This document shows, in pieces, positions 60,811 to 62,000 of a DNA stretch of 62,000 nt. The first letter of the stretch is position 1. Each line of letters begins with the position of its first letter. The DNA is from Camelus ferus (Eukaryota): NCBI RefSeq assembly GCF_009834535.1, contig NC_045697.1:62001-124000 (forward strand), written 5' to 3'. A program made the position numbers and the translations under genes. The notes under the pieces are model-generated. The model was not told where the DNA came from. It saw nothing but the letters and a program-made list of their open reading frames with translations, and made no database searches.

Positions 60811-62000
60811 CAAGAGGACAGATGGGCAAAATAAAATATAAGAGGGACTTGGACCAATGATGATAATGTCTTGTGAACTGGAGAATAGGATTAAGTCAAC
60901 TCTGAACTGCGGTTTAAAAATAAGTTAACTTCTGGTGTTATTCTAGGGTAGTAAACGGCCTCAGATGAGTGTGGCTTACAACAAGTTATTCCTCATTCAT
61001 ATTTTGTGGTTGCAGAAAGCTGTAGTATGTCATCTTCATTCCAGGATTCCAGAGAGCCCTTTTGAGAATGTATTCATGGAAGAGGGACAAAGGGCAGTGG
61101 AGGCCCTCCCCCTCTAGCTATTTAGAGGTGACAGTCTTCCTTCCTCCCACATCCCCTCAGCCACAGACCAGTTGCCTGAGGTCGGTTGTAGGGATGGAGC
61201 GGGTGGAGCGTAATCCTCCTACTGGACTGTCCGCCACAGCCTCCGTGATCCCAGCTGGGCAGCAGTATTTTATCCCAGCTCCTTACTCGCCACCTGACTT
61301 GCAGCCACAGTGTCTTCTGAGCAGTTTCTCCTGGTCCTTTGAGCCACAATGTTCAGTCACAGGACTCATAAATGTTCCTCTTGATCCTCCTGCCTGTGCT
61401 CATCGCCTAAGTTTTTGTCTCAATGCTCAGTAATCATACCCTGTCTCAAATGAGGCCCCATCCCTTCTAACTTGTTTTCTGTGCATTCAGTCTGTCCCTT
61501 CACTCCCACATCCCGTGGCGAGTCCCACTCAGGTCCCGGGCCTGGGACACACCAGGCTGGAGCCACAGACCTATTGGTCTGATTCTCTGGGGAGTCCTGA
61601 CCCCTACAGTTGCAAGTGAATTTCTGCCGCAGTTTCCGAAAAGCTGCTCAAAGGGCTGAACCAACAAACTGTGGAGGAGGGTGGGTTCCAGCTCCATTCC
61701 CACAAGTTTACAACTCTTCCCTCCTTGGGTCTGGGCACGTCCCTCAGACTGGCGGTCCCCAGGACAGCCTCCACTGGGAGACCACTGTGTGTGCTCAGAA
61801 AGCAGCAGCTCTGACTGTCAGCATGGCCCGGGCACTCCCCTCTGCACTGGTGACGGCTGCTGGGAAGCCAAGGTGGTTCCTAGCTGGTCCCCAGCGGGTC
61901 ACTGGCCACAGAATGAAGCTCGGACCAGGCAAACCACAGCCCACGGCCAAACCTGGCCCACACTGGTGCTCCTCTGCTAGGTTTGCCCTAACCAGTTACA

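Overview
Mammalian genomic DNA, most likely camelid, judged from four copies of a vic-1-type tRNA-derived SINE. There are two intact protein-coding genes in convergent orientation. PIGG (GPI ethanolamine-phosphate transferase 2) is on the + strand: 13 GT-AG-bounded coding exons from 5504 to 32840, 2952 nt, 983 aa. TMEM271 is intronless on the - strand (50382-51518, 378 aa). Each sits at a CpG island. Between them lie a Charlie-type DNA transposon, a decayed processed FBXO27 pseudogene fragment and a nest of eight solo LTRs plus a SINE inside one old L1. The most unusual signal is in the TMEM271 leader: two uORFs and the main CDS are chained by consecutive AUGA stop/start overlaps, and all three AUGs share the context GGAGG-AUG. 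A near-perfect REST/NRSE site also lies inside the TMEM271 coding sequence. Gene and repeat names rest on recalled sequence similarity, not on database searches, and repeat boundaries are approximate unless target-site duplications (TSDs) are given.
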